Positions 20,921 to 35,399 are shown, counted from the first letter of the whole stretch. The stretch is 63,292 nt of DNA, filler included, from Octopus bimaculoides (GCF_001194135.2; 9 parts of 9 records of this genome joined end to end with filler, not necessarily neighbours in it); one strand, 5' to 3'. Program-made: numbers and translations. The notes: generated by a model not told the origin, from the letters alone.

Positions 20921-23900
20921 ATTCCCAAAGTTACCAAGGTGACCTAAGCTGCATACATATACACGCATAAATATTTCTAAGCATACATAATAAATCTGTA
21001 ACACATTATGTGTATGTTTGTGTATACATACGTATATATGTATAATACAGAGAGAGGTGACAAGGTGAGAGGGGTTGCTTTTCTAAGAGAACTAAGGTTG
21101 AGCTGGCAGGAAAGAATGAACAGGTGGAAGAAGGTGATACTTGGGGGTGGGGTGTAGCGGTTTATTGTTGGGGGAAAGCAAAGGCTAAGGGTGAAAATGG
21201 TAGAATAGAGCAATGAAGAGAAACCATCGAGAACCGAAAAATAAAAAATTGGGAAATTGAAAAATGAAGAATGAAAAACGAAAAAATAAAAAAAAATATA
21301 CGTAAAATATTAAAAAAATATATTAAAAATTAAGATATTAAAAATGTTAAAAAAAGATGACGAGAGACTGAGGTATTAATATAAATATATTTATATGAAC
21401 AGTAAACAGGTCTTTGGAAATCCTCGTTCGAGAAAAGTTTCTTTTTTTCGTTTGTTTTGTGTTTTCAAAGTTTAAAGGTTCAAAAGTTTCAAAAGCTTAG
21501 AAAGTTTAAAAGGTAAATTGTGAACTTTACTCGAAAAAAACGTGTTGTTAAAAAAGAATGAAAAAAAAAAGAAGAGAAAGACTGTCTAAATGTAGCCACT
21601 CGATTTCGGGGGTCGAATGGGCATTCCGCCTCATTGTATCATCTTTACATAATTCATTCGTTTCTTTTATTTTTTACTTCTTTTCTCAAATTCCTATTGT
21701 TGCTGGCCTGATTGTAGTTCTCATTCATCAATCCAAATAACACATTTTCCCTTACTTTTACCCGATGGGCAAATGTTGAACTTCTGTTCGTCGCAGGAAT
21801 CAAATTTATTCGACATTCTCATTACCTTTTCTTTGAATTTTTGCCGACGTTGATCATACCAATTTCTTTAGAATCCAGGCTTTACCTTACATTTAAGGGA
21901 CATTGGCGAAGAGAAATGTAGCATTTAATGAATTTTCTAAGTTGTTTGCGATGTAAACGAAGGGAAGCGGTTTCAGTTTAGTAAAACTAGGCCATTGACT
22001 TGTTTCTAAATAAGCCAGTAGGGCTTCTCTCTGGAAGCTTACACTACATCAGTGTACTCTTCACTATGAGAGAAAAATCATCTTCAAGCTGTCATTGTGG
22101 TTTTGCTTTCACTGTTGAAGTGATTTGCCTTTGAACTTGCAAACAAACTACAGCGGATGATAGTAATTTTTTGTCTTTAGAGGAAGAAATGTTGTTCGGA
22201 TGCAACAGTGGCTGTAATTTATTAGATACAGCAATTATAAAAGCCAAACATATGAAAATAAATTGAAAGCAAGAATATAAATATATGACGAAAACAGGAT
22301 GGAAGAGAGAGAATGAGTGAGAGAAAGAAAGAGAGATGAGTTGGCAAATCACAAGTGTGGAGAGGGAGGGGGAATTTCTTAAGTATTTCTCAGAAAAAAG
22401 GGGCGTGAGAAATTGAGAAAGGAAGTTGTTTCACATTTAATAATGTGTATATCTATGAGTGCGCATGTGCCTTTGAGAATTTGCGGAGGGTGGTTAGGAC
22501 GGTGCGGCCTAGTGATGAGTATACGGATATGAGTGGCGAATTTATACTCGTTCTTGCATGATGTTGCGTATTTAAGAGAATGAGCTTAAAAAATGTGGGT
22601 AATATTTATGTGGTGTGTGCATAAGTGTGTAGATATATGTACAGAAGTGAATAATTGTGCATGAATTTGTGCATTGGCATATTTATATACATATTTTCAT
22701 ATATCTCTGTGTGCATGCGTTTACGAGTGTCGGTGCATTTGTATACACGCGCTTGCCTGTGTATATGGGTTATATGTGAATTTACCACTGTGTATTTGTG
22801 TATTCGCGTACATGTGTATGACTTTGTACGAGTGTGTAACTATTTGAATACGCATGTTTTGAAACAAATGCATGCATGTGCATGTGTATTCAACTTGAAG
22901 ATAAAACGTCTGTCGTGAATAATGGAAAATCACGAGGATGATGAAACAAGAATTTACTAGTGGTAAATATGATTATTAGGCAAAGACCATGATAACATTT
23001 ATCAACCACAACAGCCCCGAATAATACAGGAAGAACATCACCTCAGTTGAATAGATAATTCCCTAAGAAAAAGGGTAGTGTACATCTGTGTGTATAACAC
23101 ACACATACTGTGAATCAGAAAAACTGAAATATGTTTATACGTTACATAGCCTAGCAGTGAATGCCTGGAAAACAAGTGCGGAATCTCCTAGCAGACCGTT
23201 TTATTAACACAGTTTATTGATGGCTCCTCTGAAGATATTATACTCGGTTTCCTTCAACGAACAGTAGCACGGAACATTGTATCTATATATAAAAGTCATA
23301 AAATTTCTGTTCATACCTTCCTGTGTTACACTGGACGAAATGAATGTAACCTACTTTCGTTTGGTTTTGCAACTGTTTCGATCCTAACACCAATGAATTC
23401 TACAATCAACAGCTTAACAATATCTCAGGCTTGCGGTTTTATGCCTACGCAAATGAAATCGCAACAGTTGCTTATTTTCATTAAATTTTGGATGGTAATG
23501 AAAAACGCTCTACACCAAAGAAATGTAAAGCAAAATCGATCCTGATGGGATTTGAACTTACAATCCAAAGAGATGAAATTAAAGGCACTTGATTGAGAGT
23601 GGCGCAGCATACTATCTTCCTTCGCCAATGCATAATAAACTCTGTAGGCTGAAAAAGCCAACAGGCTTTCTTTTATGAAAATCTTGGATTCTGCTTGTTA
23701 GCTAAGTTCTCACGACCTCTGTAATTCCAAGTAAGAATACAGTTAAAACTTCCCAAACAGGAACTATTTGTTAAACTAGAGCAGTCATCTTTAAGATTTA
23801 TACACTTATAAATTTATCAGGCTAATTTGTGGGATCATGATAAATCACAACTTGATTATTTGGACTATCAATGCGAATGTCAGAATTTGAAAATATAAAA

Positions 23901-24322
23901 GTTCCTAAACTTGAAGATTGTTGTTTCCTCCCCACATTCTTCAGCTCTTTACTTTTCCTCTTTTTTCTCCAATTTCGTAATCTCCACTTGCCATTTCGTC
24001 TCAATTACTGCGTTCTACCTTCCAACCTGCACACATAAATACATAAAAATACGAATATATACACATATTATATATATATATATATATATATNNNNNNNNN
24101 NNNNNNNNNNNNNNNNNNNNNNNNNNNNNNNNNNNNNNNNNNNNNNNNNNNNNNNNNNNNNNNNNNNNNNNNNNNNNNNNNNNNNNNNNNNNNNNNNNNN
24201 NNNNNNNNNNNNNNNNNNNNNNNNNNNNNNNNNNNNNNNNNNNNNNNNNNNNNNNNNNNNNNTATATATACATACATACACGTACAAACACATACCTATA
24301 TATATAGGTATATATATATATG

Positions 24323-24433
24323 TCTTTCATCTTTCCGGGGTCGATGAAATAAGTACCACTTGATCACTATGGTCGATATAATCGACCTACTCCAGCCCCG
24401 AAATCGCTGACCTTGTGCCAAAATTTGAAACCA
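24323..24433 (+). mobile_element. SINE family C, 3' half
   Basis: TTTCATCTTTCCGGGGTCGATGAAATAAGTACC...GACCTTGTGCCAAAATTTGAAACC. Confidence 0.8.
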
Positions 24434-25634
24434 TTATAATCATCGTTATTTCTACTATTGTGGTGATCATTTTCGCAAATCATGAATGATAATTAAGTCT
24501 AATGAGTCTGAAGAGCTGCCATTAACCTATTTCAACCCCGCATAATATCATGTAAGTCTTAAATGATTTATCGCATAAGTATGTACAATGTGGTTGGAAG
24601 CGAAATGCTATTGTAATCAATATTAAGTTATACAGTACAACTATGTTCATCTTAGATAAATGCGCCCGTGCGCTTGTGTGTGCGCGCGCACACACATTTT
24701 TGGAGTCCAAACCACTTCCCCTAATTTCTTCAAGTACGTTACATACATACATACATATTGTTTGCTTTTCTTACTATCTATACATAAAAACAATTTCTCT
24801 TTAGGCTGAAGCATTGCTTAATACTTTTTAGTGAAATACATATGAATTTTTACAAGGAAAAGATTGACAGTCAATTCGAAGTTTGCGTTTGTAATGAAAC
24901 AATTTTTCAGAACAATTCCTAACTATATGTGAATTGGAGTCGAGTTGCGTTATTGCACGTACGCTTTTTTCCTTATTCCTGTCTGCAGTCCTTTTAGAAC
25001 TTGGTGGGGATATTCCATGAAGTTTTACATTAAAAAAGACTTTATAGATTTGGAAAAAGAAAACAATACAATTAGGGAAAAAAAGTGGGAGATCTTTCCT
25101 CTCCAGCAGTCAAATAGATTTCAAACGAGTCAATGTTAGTAGTAGGTTGGATGCTTATTCACACTTATTTAAAACAAAAGCAAAAAATGAATACTGCATG
25201 CCAGTTATTAAGAAATGAGACGTTTTCTAAAATTACCACAGATTGGGCGAACACAAATGTTTTATTGTCTTAATATAATGTCTTAAACATTTAGAAACTA
25301 ATTTTAAAGTAAAACAAACTTTCTTTTATAAAAATAGAAATATGTAGAAAAGAATATAAAATACATGTATGGGGAACTTATTTACTTAAGTTTATTCCAG
25401 TAACTTGTTACTGCGTTGATAGTTTTCAGATATATCAGATTACATTNNNNNNNNNNNNNNNNNNNNNNNNNNNNNNNNNNNNNNNNNNNNTTAATTAATT
25501 AANNNNNNNNNNNNNNNNNNNNNNNNNNNNNNNNNNNNNNNNNNNNTAAAAAAGCTTGCTGCTCAGCTACTGCAGTTCGCACAGCCTCTGCATATATATA
25601 CGTGTGTGTAAGGTAAGAGCAGTTTCTTCATATA

Positions 25635-25888
25635 GTAGAGACGCGTGTCTTAGTGGTTAGGGTGTTGGATCATGAGCGTGAGATTGTTGTTTCGATTCCT
25701 GGACCGGGCGACGCGCGTGGTGCTCTGGAGCAAAACCCTTCATTTCACGTTGCTCCAGTCCACTCAGCTGGCAAAAATGAGTAAATCCTGCGACGGACCG
25801 GCGTCTCGTCCAAATAGGGAATACGTATATACGCCATGAAACAGGGAAAGCGGACATTATGCGTCAGCATGTTTCAAAAGGTCATTTT
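25635..25888 (+). mobile_element. SINE family B with type-1 tail
   Basis: tRNA-like head (TAGTGGTTAGG, GTTTCGATTCC), CORE-like TTGAGCAAAAC-CTTCATTTCACGTTGCTCCAGTCCACTCAGCTGG block, tail CCTGCGACGGACCGGCGTCTCGTCC. Confidence 0.85.
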
Positions 25889-25924
25889 ACCTGATAGATA
25901 GATAGATAGATAGATAGATCCTCT

Positions 25925-26157
25925 TTTTCTCTTTTACTCTTTTACTTGTTTCAGTCATTTGACTGTGGCCATGCTGGAGCACCACCTTCAGTCAAGCAAA
26001 TCGACCTTTTTTTTTAAAGCCTAGTACTTATTCTATCGGACTCTTTTACCGAACCGCTATGTTACGGGGACGTAAACACACCGGCATCGGTTGTCAAGCG
26101 ATGTCGGGGGGGACAAACACTGATACACAAACACACGCACACATATATATATATATA
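25925..26157 (-). mobile_element. SINE family A, tail half (runs into a gap)
   Basis: Matches 3435-3620. Confidence 0.85.
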
Positions 26158-26597
26158 NNNNNNNNNNNNNNNNNNNNNNNNNNNNNNNNNNNNNNNNNNN
26201 NNNNNNNNNNNNNNNNNNNNNNNNNNNNNNNNNNNNNNNNNNNNNNNNNNNNNNNNNNNNNNNNNNNNNNNNNNNNNNNNNNNNNNNNNNNNNNNNNNNN
26301 NNNNNNNNNNNNNNNNNNNNNNNNNNNNNNNNNNNNNNNNNNNNNNNNNNNNNNNNNNNNNNNNNNNNNNNNNNNNNNNNNNNNNNNNNNNNNNNNNNNN
26401 NNNNNNNNNNNNNNNNNNNNNNNNNNNNNNNNNNNNNNNNNNNNNNNNNNNNNNNNNNNNNNNNNNNNNNNNNNNNNNNNNNNNNNNNNNNNNNNNNNNN
26501 NNNNNNNNNNNNNNNNNNNNNNNNNNNNNNNNNNNNNNNNNNNNNNNNNNNNNNNNNNNNNNNNNNNNNNNNNNNNNNNNNNNNNNNNNNNNNNNNA

Positions 26598-26894
26598 AAT
26601 TAACGTGCAGGTGGCTGAGCACTCCACAGACACGTGTACCCTTAACGCAATTCTCGGGGATATTCAGTGTGACACAGTGTGACAAGGCTGACCCTTTGAA
26701 TTACAGGAAGTAAGAGCGAGAGAGAGTTGTGGTGAAAGAGTACAGCAGGGTTCGCCACCATCCCCTGCCGGAGCCCCGTGGAGCTTCAGGTGTTTTCGCT
26801 CAATAAACACTCACAACGCCCGGCCTGGGAATCGAAACCGCGATCCTATGACCGCGAGTCCGCTGCCCTAACCACTGGGCCATTGCGCCTCCAC
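26598..26894 (-). mobile_element. SINE with family D head and type-2 tail
   Basis: Minus strand GTGGAGGCGCAATGGCCCAGTGGTTAGG...GGTTTCGATTCCCAGG (A/B boxes), continuing into TTCAAAGGGTCAGCCTTGTCACAC...CTCAGCCACCTGCACGTTAATTT. Confidence 0.85.
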
Positions 26895-27061
26895 AGGTCA
26901 GTCACTAATTCAGGTATAATTTAGAAACATGAGATATGTAAAAATTCAAATTAAATATGGTGTATGACTGACTGTAAAAATAAAATAAAAAATGTGCAGA
27001 CGTATCATTCTCCATATTCATTGTAATTGCTTTATATATATGTGTGTGTATATATGTTTTA

Positions 27062-27364
27062 TTTTTTACTTTTATTTGTTTCAGTCATTTGACTGTGGCC
27101 ATGCTGGGGCATCACTTTGATTTTTTTTTTTGTTGAATAAATCGTTTCCTGGTTTGCGTTTTAAGCATGATACATATTCTATCTGGCACTTTTGCCAAAC
27201 CGCTCTGTTACGGAACGCAAACACACCAACACCGGTTGTCAAGCGGTGGTGCTGTGGGGAGAACACAGGCGCAAATACACACACACATACATATATATAT
27301 ATACACAAACATATATACATATGCGACGAGATTCTTTCAGTTTCCGTCAGACACTTGCCTGCGC
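27062..27364 (-). mobile_element. SINE family A with an internal deletion
   Basis: Tail TTTGTTTCAGTCATTTGACTGTGGCCATGCTGG; head collapsed at CCGTC/AGACACTTGCC. Confidence 0.8.
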
Positions 27365-28073
27365 TTGTGAATTTTTTTTTAAGTTTATATATTTATATAT
27401 TTAACGAAATGTGTTTAAATTAAGTGAATGTCTGAAAATATGCAATATAATTTTTAATGTATGTGAAATTCTAAACGTTTGTCATTGTACATGTTAGCAG
27501 CCTTCGTGTTTATTCTTGCTCTCTCTCACTATATATCTCAACAACATTTATTTCTCTCTGTAAATCTTTTCCATACTAACCCCATTCTCTGTGTGTGTGT
27601 GTGTGTGTGTGTGTCTCTCTCTCTCTCTCTCACTCTTCATAGAAAATGTTGTAAACTATGAATATAGTTTTATCGTAAGTATTTAGTGTATTATATCTGA
27701 AATTTAGTCACATGCAGCTGGTTACTTAATAATGTATGTTTATGCATATATAAATGTGCAATTATGAAAGGAGCGATTTACCAAAACGCCACGTAGACAA
27801 TTTGAACTGACTATGATAATAAATAAATTGATCATCCATTTTTTTTTTTTTTTGATAATCTTAATATTCTTTCGCCTCTATCGAAAACAATGGAAACTTC
27901 TATAGCGACAACTGGAATTTCAGAAGAGTCAGCTAATATTGAAGAAGAGCCAACGATACACACTAGTACATATACACAGGTAGAATTTTCCATATCGTTA
28001 ATTGATAGAGAACTAAACTGGTGTGCGCTTGGGTAAAATTTATCCCTAGAAAAGAACAACTTTTTTCCAAACA

Positions 28074-28114
<41 letters not shown>

Positions 28115-28117
<3 letters not shown>

Positions 28118-28191
28118 ACGGGCTTCTTTCAGTTTGCATCTACCAAATCCACTCACAAGGTTTTGTCGGCCCGAGGCTATAGCAGAAGACA
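28115..28191 (-). mobile_element. SINE family A fragment (runs into a gap)
   Basis: ACGGGCTTCTTTCAG...CACTCACAAGG...GGCCCGAGGCTATAGCAGAAGACA. Confidence 0.85.
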
Positions 28192-28819
28192 NNNNNNNNN
28201 NNNNNNNNNNNNNNNNNNNNNNNNNNNNNNNNNNNNNNNNNNNNNNNNNNNNNNNNNNNNNNNNNNNNNNNNNNNNNNNNNNNNNNNNNNNNNNNNNNNN
28301 NNNNNNNNNNNNNNNNNNNNNNNNNNNNNNNNNNNNNNNNNNNNNNNNNNNNNNNNNNNNNNNNNNNNNNNNNNNNNNNNNNNNNNNNNNNNNNNNNNNN
28401 NNNNNNNNNNNNNNNNNNNNNNNNNNNNNNNNNNNNNNNNNNNNNNNNNNNNNNNNNNNNNNNNNNNNNNNNNNNNNNNNNNNNNNNNNNNNNNNNNNNN
28501 NNNNNNNNNNNNNNNNNNNNNNNNNNNNNNNNNNNNNNNNNNNNNNNNNNNNNNNNNNNNNNNNNNNNNNNNNNNNNNNNNNNNNNNNNNNNNNNNNNNN
28601 NNNNNNNNNNNNNNNNNNNNNNNNNNNNNNNNNNNNNNNNNNNNNNNNNNNNNNNNNNNNNNNNNNNNNNNNNNNNNNNNNNNNNNNNNNNNNNNNNNNN
28701 NNNNNNNNNNNNNNNNNNNNNNNNNNNNNNNNNNNNNNNNNNNNNNNNNNNNNNNNNNNNNNNNNNNNNNNNNNNNNNNNNNNNNNNNNNNNNNNNNNNN
28801 NNNNNNTATACCATCTATT

Positions 28820-29030
28820 ATCTTTAACTTGTTTCATTCATAAGACTACGGACATACTGGGGTTACCGCCTTGAAGAATTTTAGTCGAATAAATCGACCT
28901 CAGTAACTGGCTTTTGTTAAGCCTGGTACTTATTCTATCGAACTCTGATGCCGGACAGCTAGGTTACGCGGGCGAACACACACCAACACCAGTTGTCAAG
29001 CGGTGATGGGGACAAGCAAAAACACGAAGA
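28820..29030 (-). mobile_element. SINE family A, diverged tail half
   Basis: GCCTGGTACTTATTCTATCG...CCAGTTGTCAAGCGGTG. Confidence 0.75.
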
Positions 29031-29070
29031 CATGCGCGCGCGCACTCACGCAATATATGTGTGTTGTTGT

Positions 29071-29109
29071 TGGCACTCCGTCGCTTACGACGTCGAGGGT
29101 CCCAGTTGA
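29071..29109 (-). mobile_element. Extreme 3' end of a type-2-tail SINE
   Basis: TGGCACTCCGTCGCTTACGACGTCGAGGGTCCCAGTTGA is the reverse complement of the tail end at 31575-31614. Confidence 0.7.
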
Positions 29110-29299
29110 NNNNNNNNNNNNNNNNNNNNNNNNNNNNNNNNNNNNNNNNNNNNTTAATTAATTAANNNNNNNNNNNNNNNNNNNNNNNNNNNNNNNNNNN
29201 NNNNNNNNNTATACACAAATACATACATACATACAAACATGCATACATACATACATACATACATACATACATACATACATACATACATACATACATACA

Positions 29300-29480
29300 T
29301 ACGAGCGGGTGCTGAAAAGAAGTCTCTGAGGTTGGGTAATAGAAGCGGTTAATTATGAATTTATTCAACATATTTCCCTAACAGATTTACATTCTTATTG
29401 CAGCTGTCCAGTTTATCTCTTCCCTGTAAAAGAACTCGGAAGTTGGGGCCACCAATCAGGGATTTTGCAATACCTTAAAG
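29300..29480 (-). mobile_element. Mariner 3' end with TIR
   Basis: TIR-like TACGAGCGGGTGCTGAAAAG at 29300; the minus strand resembles the end of a mariner transposase ORF. Confidence 0.6.
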
Positions 29481-29561
29481 CATATATTTAAACGCGCTAA
29501 TCTTTGCAATAGTCTTCCACCTTGGGTGTTGAATTGCCATAGATAGATAGANNNNNNNNNN

Positions 29562-29598
<37 letters not shown>

Positions 29599-30081
29599 AA
29601 GAGAGAGAGAGAGAGAAAGAGAGAGAGATAGAGAGAGAGAGGGAGAGAGAGAGATAGAGACATACATACATATAAAGTTACATAGACACACACATGCTCG
29701 CACACGCGTGTATATACAGTCGACATTTCATTAAGGCTGTCCCTCATGTTTTCATTGCACGAAAAAAATCGTAAGTTTCACATGTTTGTATGTCTTTCGC
29801 GTAGGTTTACCAATAATCTATCATTCACTGGCCTCTAATATAAAATGAAGGGTTAATCTCCGTGTTTAACTCTTTCTGCAAATGATACAGATACATTTGA
29901 TGAGACACTAATAAGAGTCGAGATCCGATTAAGGCAGTTCATAATATATTTTAATCTATCGGTGTATATGTAAATTTTACGTGTATATATATTAATTACG
30001 TAGTTTAATACACACAAAAACAAACACTCACACTCACACACCCATGTATATGTATATACGTATACATATATGTATATATAT

Positions 30082-30119
<38 letters not shown>

Positions 30120-30877
30120 GGGAGAGGTGTGTTGTGTTTGAATGTACATCAAATGCTTACGCATTTGCATGTGTATACACACACANNNNNNNNNNNNNNN
30201 NNNNNNNNNNNNNNNNNNNNNNNNNNNNNNNNNNNNNNNNNNNNNNNNNNNNNNNNNNNNNNNNNNNNNNNNNNNNNNNNNNNNNNNNNNNNNNNNNNNN
30301 NNNNNNNNNNNNNNNNNNNNNNNNNNNNNNNNNNNNNNNNNNNNNNNNNNNNNNNNNNNNNNNNNNNNNNNNNNNNNNNNNNNNNNNNNNNNNNNNNNNN
30401 NNNNNNNNNNNNNNNNNNNNNNNNNNNNNNNNNNNNNNNNNNNNNNNNNNNNNNNNNNNNNNNNNNNNNNNNNNNNNNNNNNNNNNNNNNNNNNTATATA
30501 TATATATATCAAAATGTGCCTCTCTGTGTGTGTGTGCGCGTGTGCGTATACTCACATATATGTATACATATAGAAATATGTCTGAATGTATTCGCTGTAA
30601 ATGTATTACTGTCACAATGTCGTAAGCATATTCGGACGGAATGAACCGCAACTCACGCACACACACTCACACACACACACACACACACAGAACATACACG
30701 CCTACACACACACACTCACACACACACAAACTCGTTGCAACCATCGTGTGTCAGTAACGATTTACCTAAAGCGGTGAATATTTCGTGACCAAAGATTCTT
30801 CTAAATAGAAGAATCTCTTGATGAGATTCTATAACCTTAGAAAGTTTAGTTAATTCCTGGAAGTTTTACTGCTACTG

Positions 30878-30937
<60 letters not shown>

Positions 30938-31332
30938 ACAATAATAATGATAATAATAATCGCACAGCTGCCGATTTGTGAATAGCTCAAACTAAAGATA
31001 TCAACTTTGAGAAAATAAATGAAAGATGTTACAAAGCGCGCTGAATGGCTGATTGAACTAAATGTTCCGTTTCGTTAATGAATGGATCACCGGAAAAAAT
31101 AATAAAGGAAAAAAACTAATGAATGCCTTTTCATGACATTTATAATTAGAATTGGAATTTAGCAATGATTCAAAGTTTAATATATAAGCCACACACATGG
31201 AGTGAAAGGCATATTGCAGTCACTCATCACTCGCGTGTAAGTAAAATACGGTTTCATTAACTATGGTCTTGCTAACTGTTCTAGGCGCCTGTGGTTGCTT
31301 TTGTCGGTAGTGATGTTTACGTCCTGGTTACG

Positions 31333-31614
31333 TGAAAGTGCGTGATTTACTAGTCAGGGTCTTCGGCTCATGATCCTATGGTCATGAGTTCGATTTCCGG
31401 CGACACGTTGTGTCCTTGAGCAAGACACGGCAAGAATGAGTTGTACCTGTAATTCACTGGCGATATTGCTTGTCACATTCTATCTCTCATTGGATATCCC
31501 TGAGAACTACGTGAAGGGTATGCTTGTCAGCCACTTGCACGTTAATTTCATGAGCATGCTGCTCTGTTGATGGGGTCAACTGGAACACACTTCGTCGTAA
31601 CGGACGGTGAGCCA
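31333..31614 (+). mobile_element. SINE family B head with type-2 tail, diverged
   Basis: GAGTTCGATTTCC (B box), TTGTGTCCTTGAGCAAGACAC, tail GAGAACTACGTGAAGGGT...CACTTGCACGTTAATTTC. Confidence 0.75.
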
Positions 31615-33129
31615 ATTTAGAAGCCCTGGTTAACACTAAGCAAGCAGATACGAAATTCCAATGCGCCCATCTCGTATTTTATGTAATGTTTCTCTATCTT
31701 ACACTATCTCTTCTGCTGTTGTGCTCTTCTCGTTTTAAAAGATAGAAGTGCGATTTGAGGTAGATTTAGCTGGTATTTATAATAATTCACGTAGTAACTC
31801 TAGAAATTCGTGCAAATACTCGCTCGATGTTGGAAGTCTTAATGACTCCGTTGGTAAATCCTTGTAACTAGAACTTAGAACAATTAAAACAAAAAACAAG
31901 AAGAACTATAGTCTACATATAAAATATGCATGAAGAAGCATTGACAAGTCTGGAACTAAGCCTTTATGAACGATGGGTCTTGGAACGAGTCTAGTTATAA
32001 ATACCAGCGAACAACACTTTAGCTTAAAAGTTCCCTGGACATAAAACCGCGGAAATTACTCAACGAGTCCTGGGCCATACATCTGAAACCCAGAAAAGTG
32101 TTTCCTTATAGTCTGTCAGTGTTACAGAAGATGGTTCGACTCTGTCTTTTACATTCAGAAGAATATTCACCTACACTGTTATATGTTATTATTTATAACT
32201 GATTTCTCTACGAGTTAGGTCGTTAGTAAAGATTTATGTATTTTAATTCAGGCAAATATAACTGGTTATAGTTAAAAAATGTAAAGGAAGAATAATATCT
32301 GAGGATGGAGTTGTTGCTGATGTAATTGTTGCTTAACTGAAGTCATATCAGTGAGGCACATCTACGATGAACTGTACTGATCACCCAGGTTGAATTATCT
32401 AAAATGTCTTTGTTCAGATGGTTTGATAAAGCCAGAAAGTAGAAGTTTTTATTTAAGTTAGAGATGGTAAACGAGAAAACAAAATAAAGAGTTAATGTAA
32501 CAATAGTAAGCGGTTAGGAACCAGAGAGAGAAAAAGAAAAAGCAGAAGCCTCCTTCGGTAATAGCTTATGGACTGTCCCAAATCAAATTATCTTAAATAT
32601 AATTATTTCATTAATATTTGTACACAACATTAAAAAATTTTATACAAATATTATTCTATTAGATCTCAAACGAATTAAAACAGCGTTGAAAACAAATTTC
32701 TATGTATACTAAATATGAAGAGATGTGAACAAAAAAATACTTAGTTAATATATGTAAATGTGTATATGAAAATGAGTGGAGCGATGAAAATCTATTTTAT
32801 TAAAAGATAATTTAAATTTAGTATATGCTAATATTTATCTCGATGAATTTCTTGCTCATTTCTCAGTAATAACTACAAGAATTACTGGAATTGCATATTA
32901 GCTTGTTGTAACACACAAAATAATTTTATTGACAAAAGATAGCGTACGACATAAGAGCTGCGAGCATGTTTCTCTTTCTGCAGTTCTTTTTAGGTATTAG
33001 TGTGTAATTTTTCTCATGAGATAATCACTTTTCCCAATAATTTAGGTATTTTCAAAAAAAATATGTGTATATGTGTGTGAGTGCGTGTGGGGGTGTATAA
33101 ATTTAAATGGATATTTAGAATAACATAAT

Positions 33130-33173
<44 letters not shown>

Positions 33174-33688
33174 NNNNNNNNNNNNNNNNNNNNNNNNNNN
33201 NNNNNNNNNNNNNNNNNNNNNNNNNNNNNNNNNNNNNNNNNNNNNNNNNNNNNNNNNNNNNNNNNNNNNNNNNNNNNNNNNNNNNNNNNNNNNNNNNNNN
33301 NNNNNNNNNNNNNNNNNNNNNNNNNNNNNNNNNNNNNNNNNNNNNNNNNNNNNNNNNNNNNNNNNNNNNNNNNNNNNNNNNNNNNNNNNNNNNNNNNNNN
33401 NNNNNNNNNNNNNNNNNNNNNNNNNNNNNNNNNNNNNNNNNNNNNNNNNNNNNNNNNNNNNNNNNNNNNNNNNNNNNNNNNNNNNNNNNNNNNNNNNNNN
33501 NNNNNNNNNNNNNNNNNNNNNNNNNNNNNNNNNNNNNNNNNNNNNNNNNNNNNNNNNNNNNNNNNNNNNNNNNNNNNNNNNNNNNNNNNNNNNNNNNNNN
33601 NNNNNNNNNNNNNNNNNNNNNNNNNNNNNNNNNNNNNNNNNNNNNNNNNNNNNNNNNNNNNNNNNNNNNNNNNNNNNNNNNNNNNNNN

Positions 33689-33725
<37 letters not shown>

Positions 33726-34096
33726 AACGTTAGGTGCTGTAGCTCACTTATTTTATCTTAGTATTTTACCACCCCTGCAATTGTTTCATATCAGAAGCAT
33801 ACTTTTGTTGTTGAAAATCTTTTCTCATCATTTGTCACATTGTTCTGTGACCTGTTCGTTATAGACTTTCGAGCTATTATATCGTATCAATTTACTTACT
33901 GACTATCCTGCTGCATTGAAACTAAACACAGGTACGCTGTAGCGAGTGTTAAACTATATTCAGTGATGACCTGAAATTGTGTCCACTTCCAGTCAACTTC
34001 CAGTGAAACATTATGGTTAACTGGTTAGCTTACCTGTTGTACATTATCCTATGTGTAGTACCAGCTGACCGTGCATGTATATATATATATATATAT

Positions 34097-34137
<41 letters not shown>

Positions 34138-34915
34138 NNNNNNNNNNNNNNNNNNNNNNNNNNNNNNNNNNNNNNNNNNNNTTAATTAATTAANNNNNNN
34201 NNNNNNNNNNNNNNNNNNNNNNNNNNNNNNNNNNNNNTATATATATATATATATATATATATATTTGAATGTATGCGTATATATTTGTATGCATGTATAT
34301 ATGTATATGAACAAAAAATTAGAACATAAATTGACAGCAGAAGGTATAAAAATATAGATAGGACAAAGAAGAGAGGAGGCATAGTGAAAGAATGAAAGGT
34401 GTATGAAGGCAGGAGAGTAAAAAATAATGAACATGTGAAGATACTTATGTAAGTTTATTTATTAAACATATTTATATACATACATAGATACAGAAATATG
34501 TATACACTCATGCAAAATTTATACATACTTGCACGCATGTATTGATAACTACATACATACATGCCCAACTTCATACACTTTTTTTTAGCTCACTCAGATG
34601 CACACACATAAATACATGAAGTTTTGAACATATCTTTTGTAATATTTTTTTTATTTATCATCTTAGATCTAAAGAATTTCCAGATGAAAAAAAAAAATTT
34701 TCCAAGGTTTTACACAGTAAAATAGCTTAATATAGATGAAAGTATATGGTAAATTGAATAATCATATATCATCTTAATTAATAATTATGATCTAGTAATT
34801 ATACATCTACCCCACCCACTACATTGAAATAACCACATTCTCACGACTCTATTTGTATGTATGTATGTATTTATGTATGTATGTATGTATCTCTCTCTCT
34901 CCCTCTGTCTGTCTT

Positions 34916-34956
<41 letters not shown>

Positions 34957-35011
34957 GTAGATGAAATATATGTGAATATATATATATATATATATGTAGA
35001 TGAAATATATG

Positions 35012-35074
<63 letters not shown>

Positions 35075-35075
<1 letters not shown>

Positions 35076-35399
35076 AAGGCATGTGGCTTAGTGGTTAAGG
35101 TATTTGGCTCACAAACATAAGGTCATGAGTTCAATTCTTGGTGATGAATTGTGTCCTTTAGCAAGACACTTTATTTCACGTTGCTCCAGTCCACTCAGCT
35201 GGCAAAAGCGAGTAGTATCTGTATTTCAAAAGGGCCAGCCGTGTCACATTTTGTGTGTCGTGCTGAATCTTCCTGAGAACTACATTAAGGATATGCGCGT
35301 CTGTGGAGTGCTCAGCCTCTTGCACATTAATTTCATGACCAGGCTTCTCTGTTGATTGGATCAACTGGAACCCTCACCATTGTAACTAACTGGGTGCCA
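35075..35399 (+). mobile_element. SINE family B head with type-2 tail, full length
   Basis: GGCTTAGTGGTTAAGG...GAGTTCAATTC...CORE-like block...TTCAAAAGGGCCAGCC...GGATCAACTGGAACCCTC. Confidence 0.9.

Noticed and set aside
23195-23305. Cluster of Hox/Cdx-like TTTAT motifs
   Set aside because: Expected by chance in DNA this AT-rich.
24945-25139. Short ORF after a strong acceptor at about 24988
   Set aside because: Isolated signal with no matching donor or recognisable product.
26820-26894. tRNA gene
   Set aside because: A and B boxes are present but the cloverleaf is incomplete and the sequence continues into a SINE body; the same holds for the other SINE heads.
33963-34025. C/D snoRNA candidate (GTGATGA; also at 22512)
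   Set aside because: No terminal CTGA D box with a closing stem at a suitable distance.
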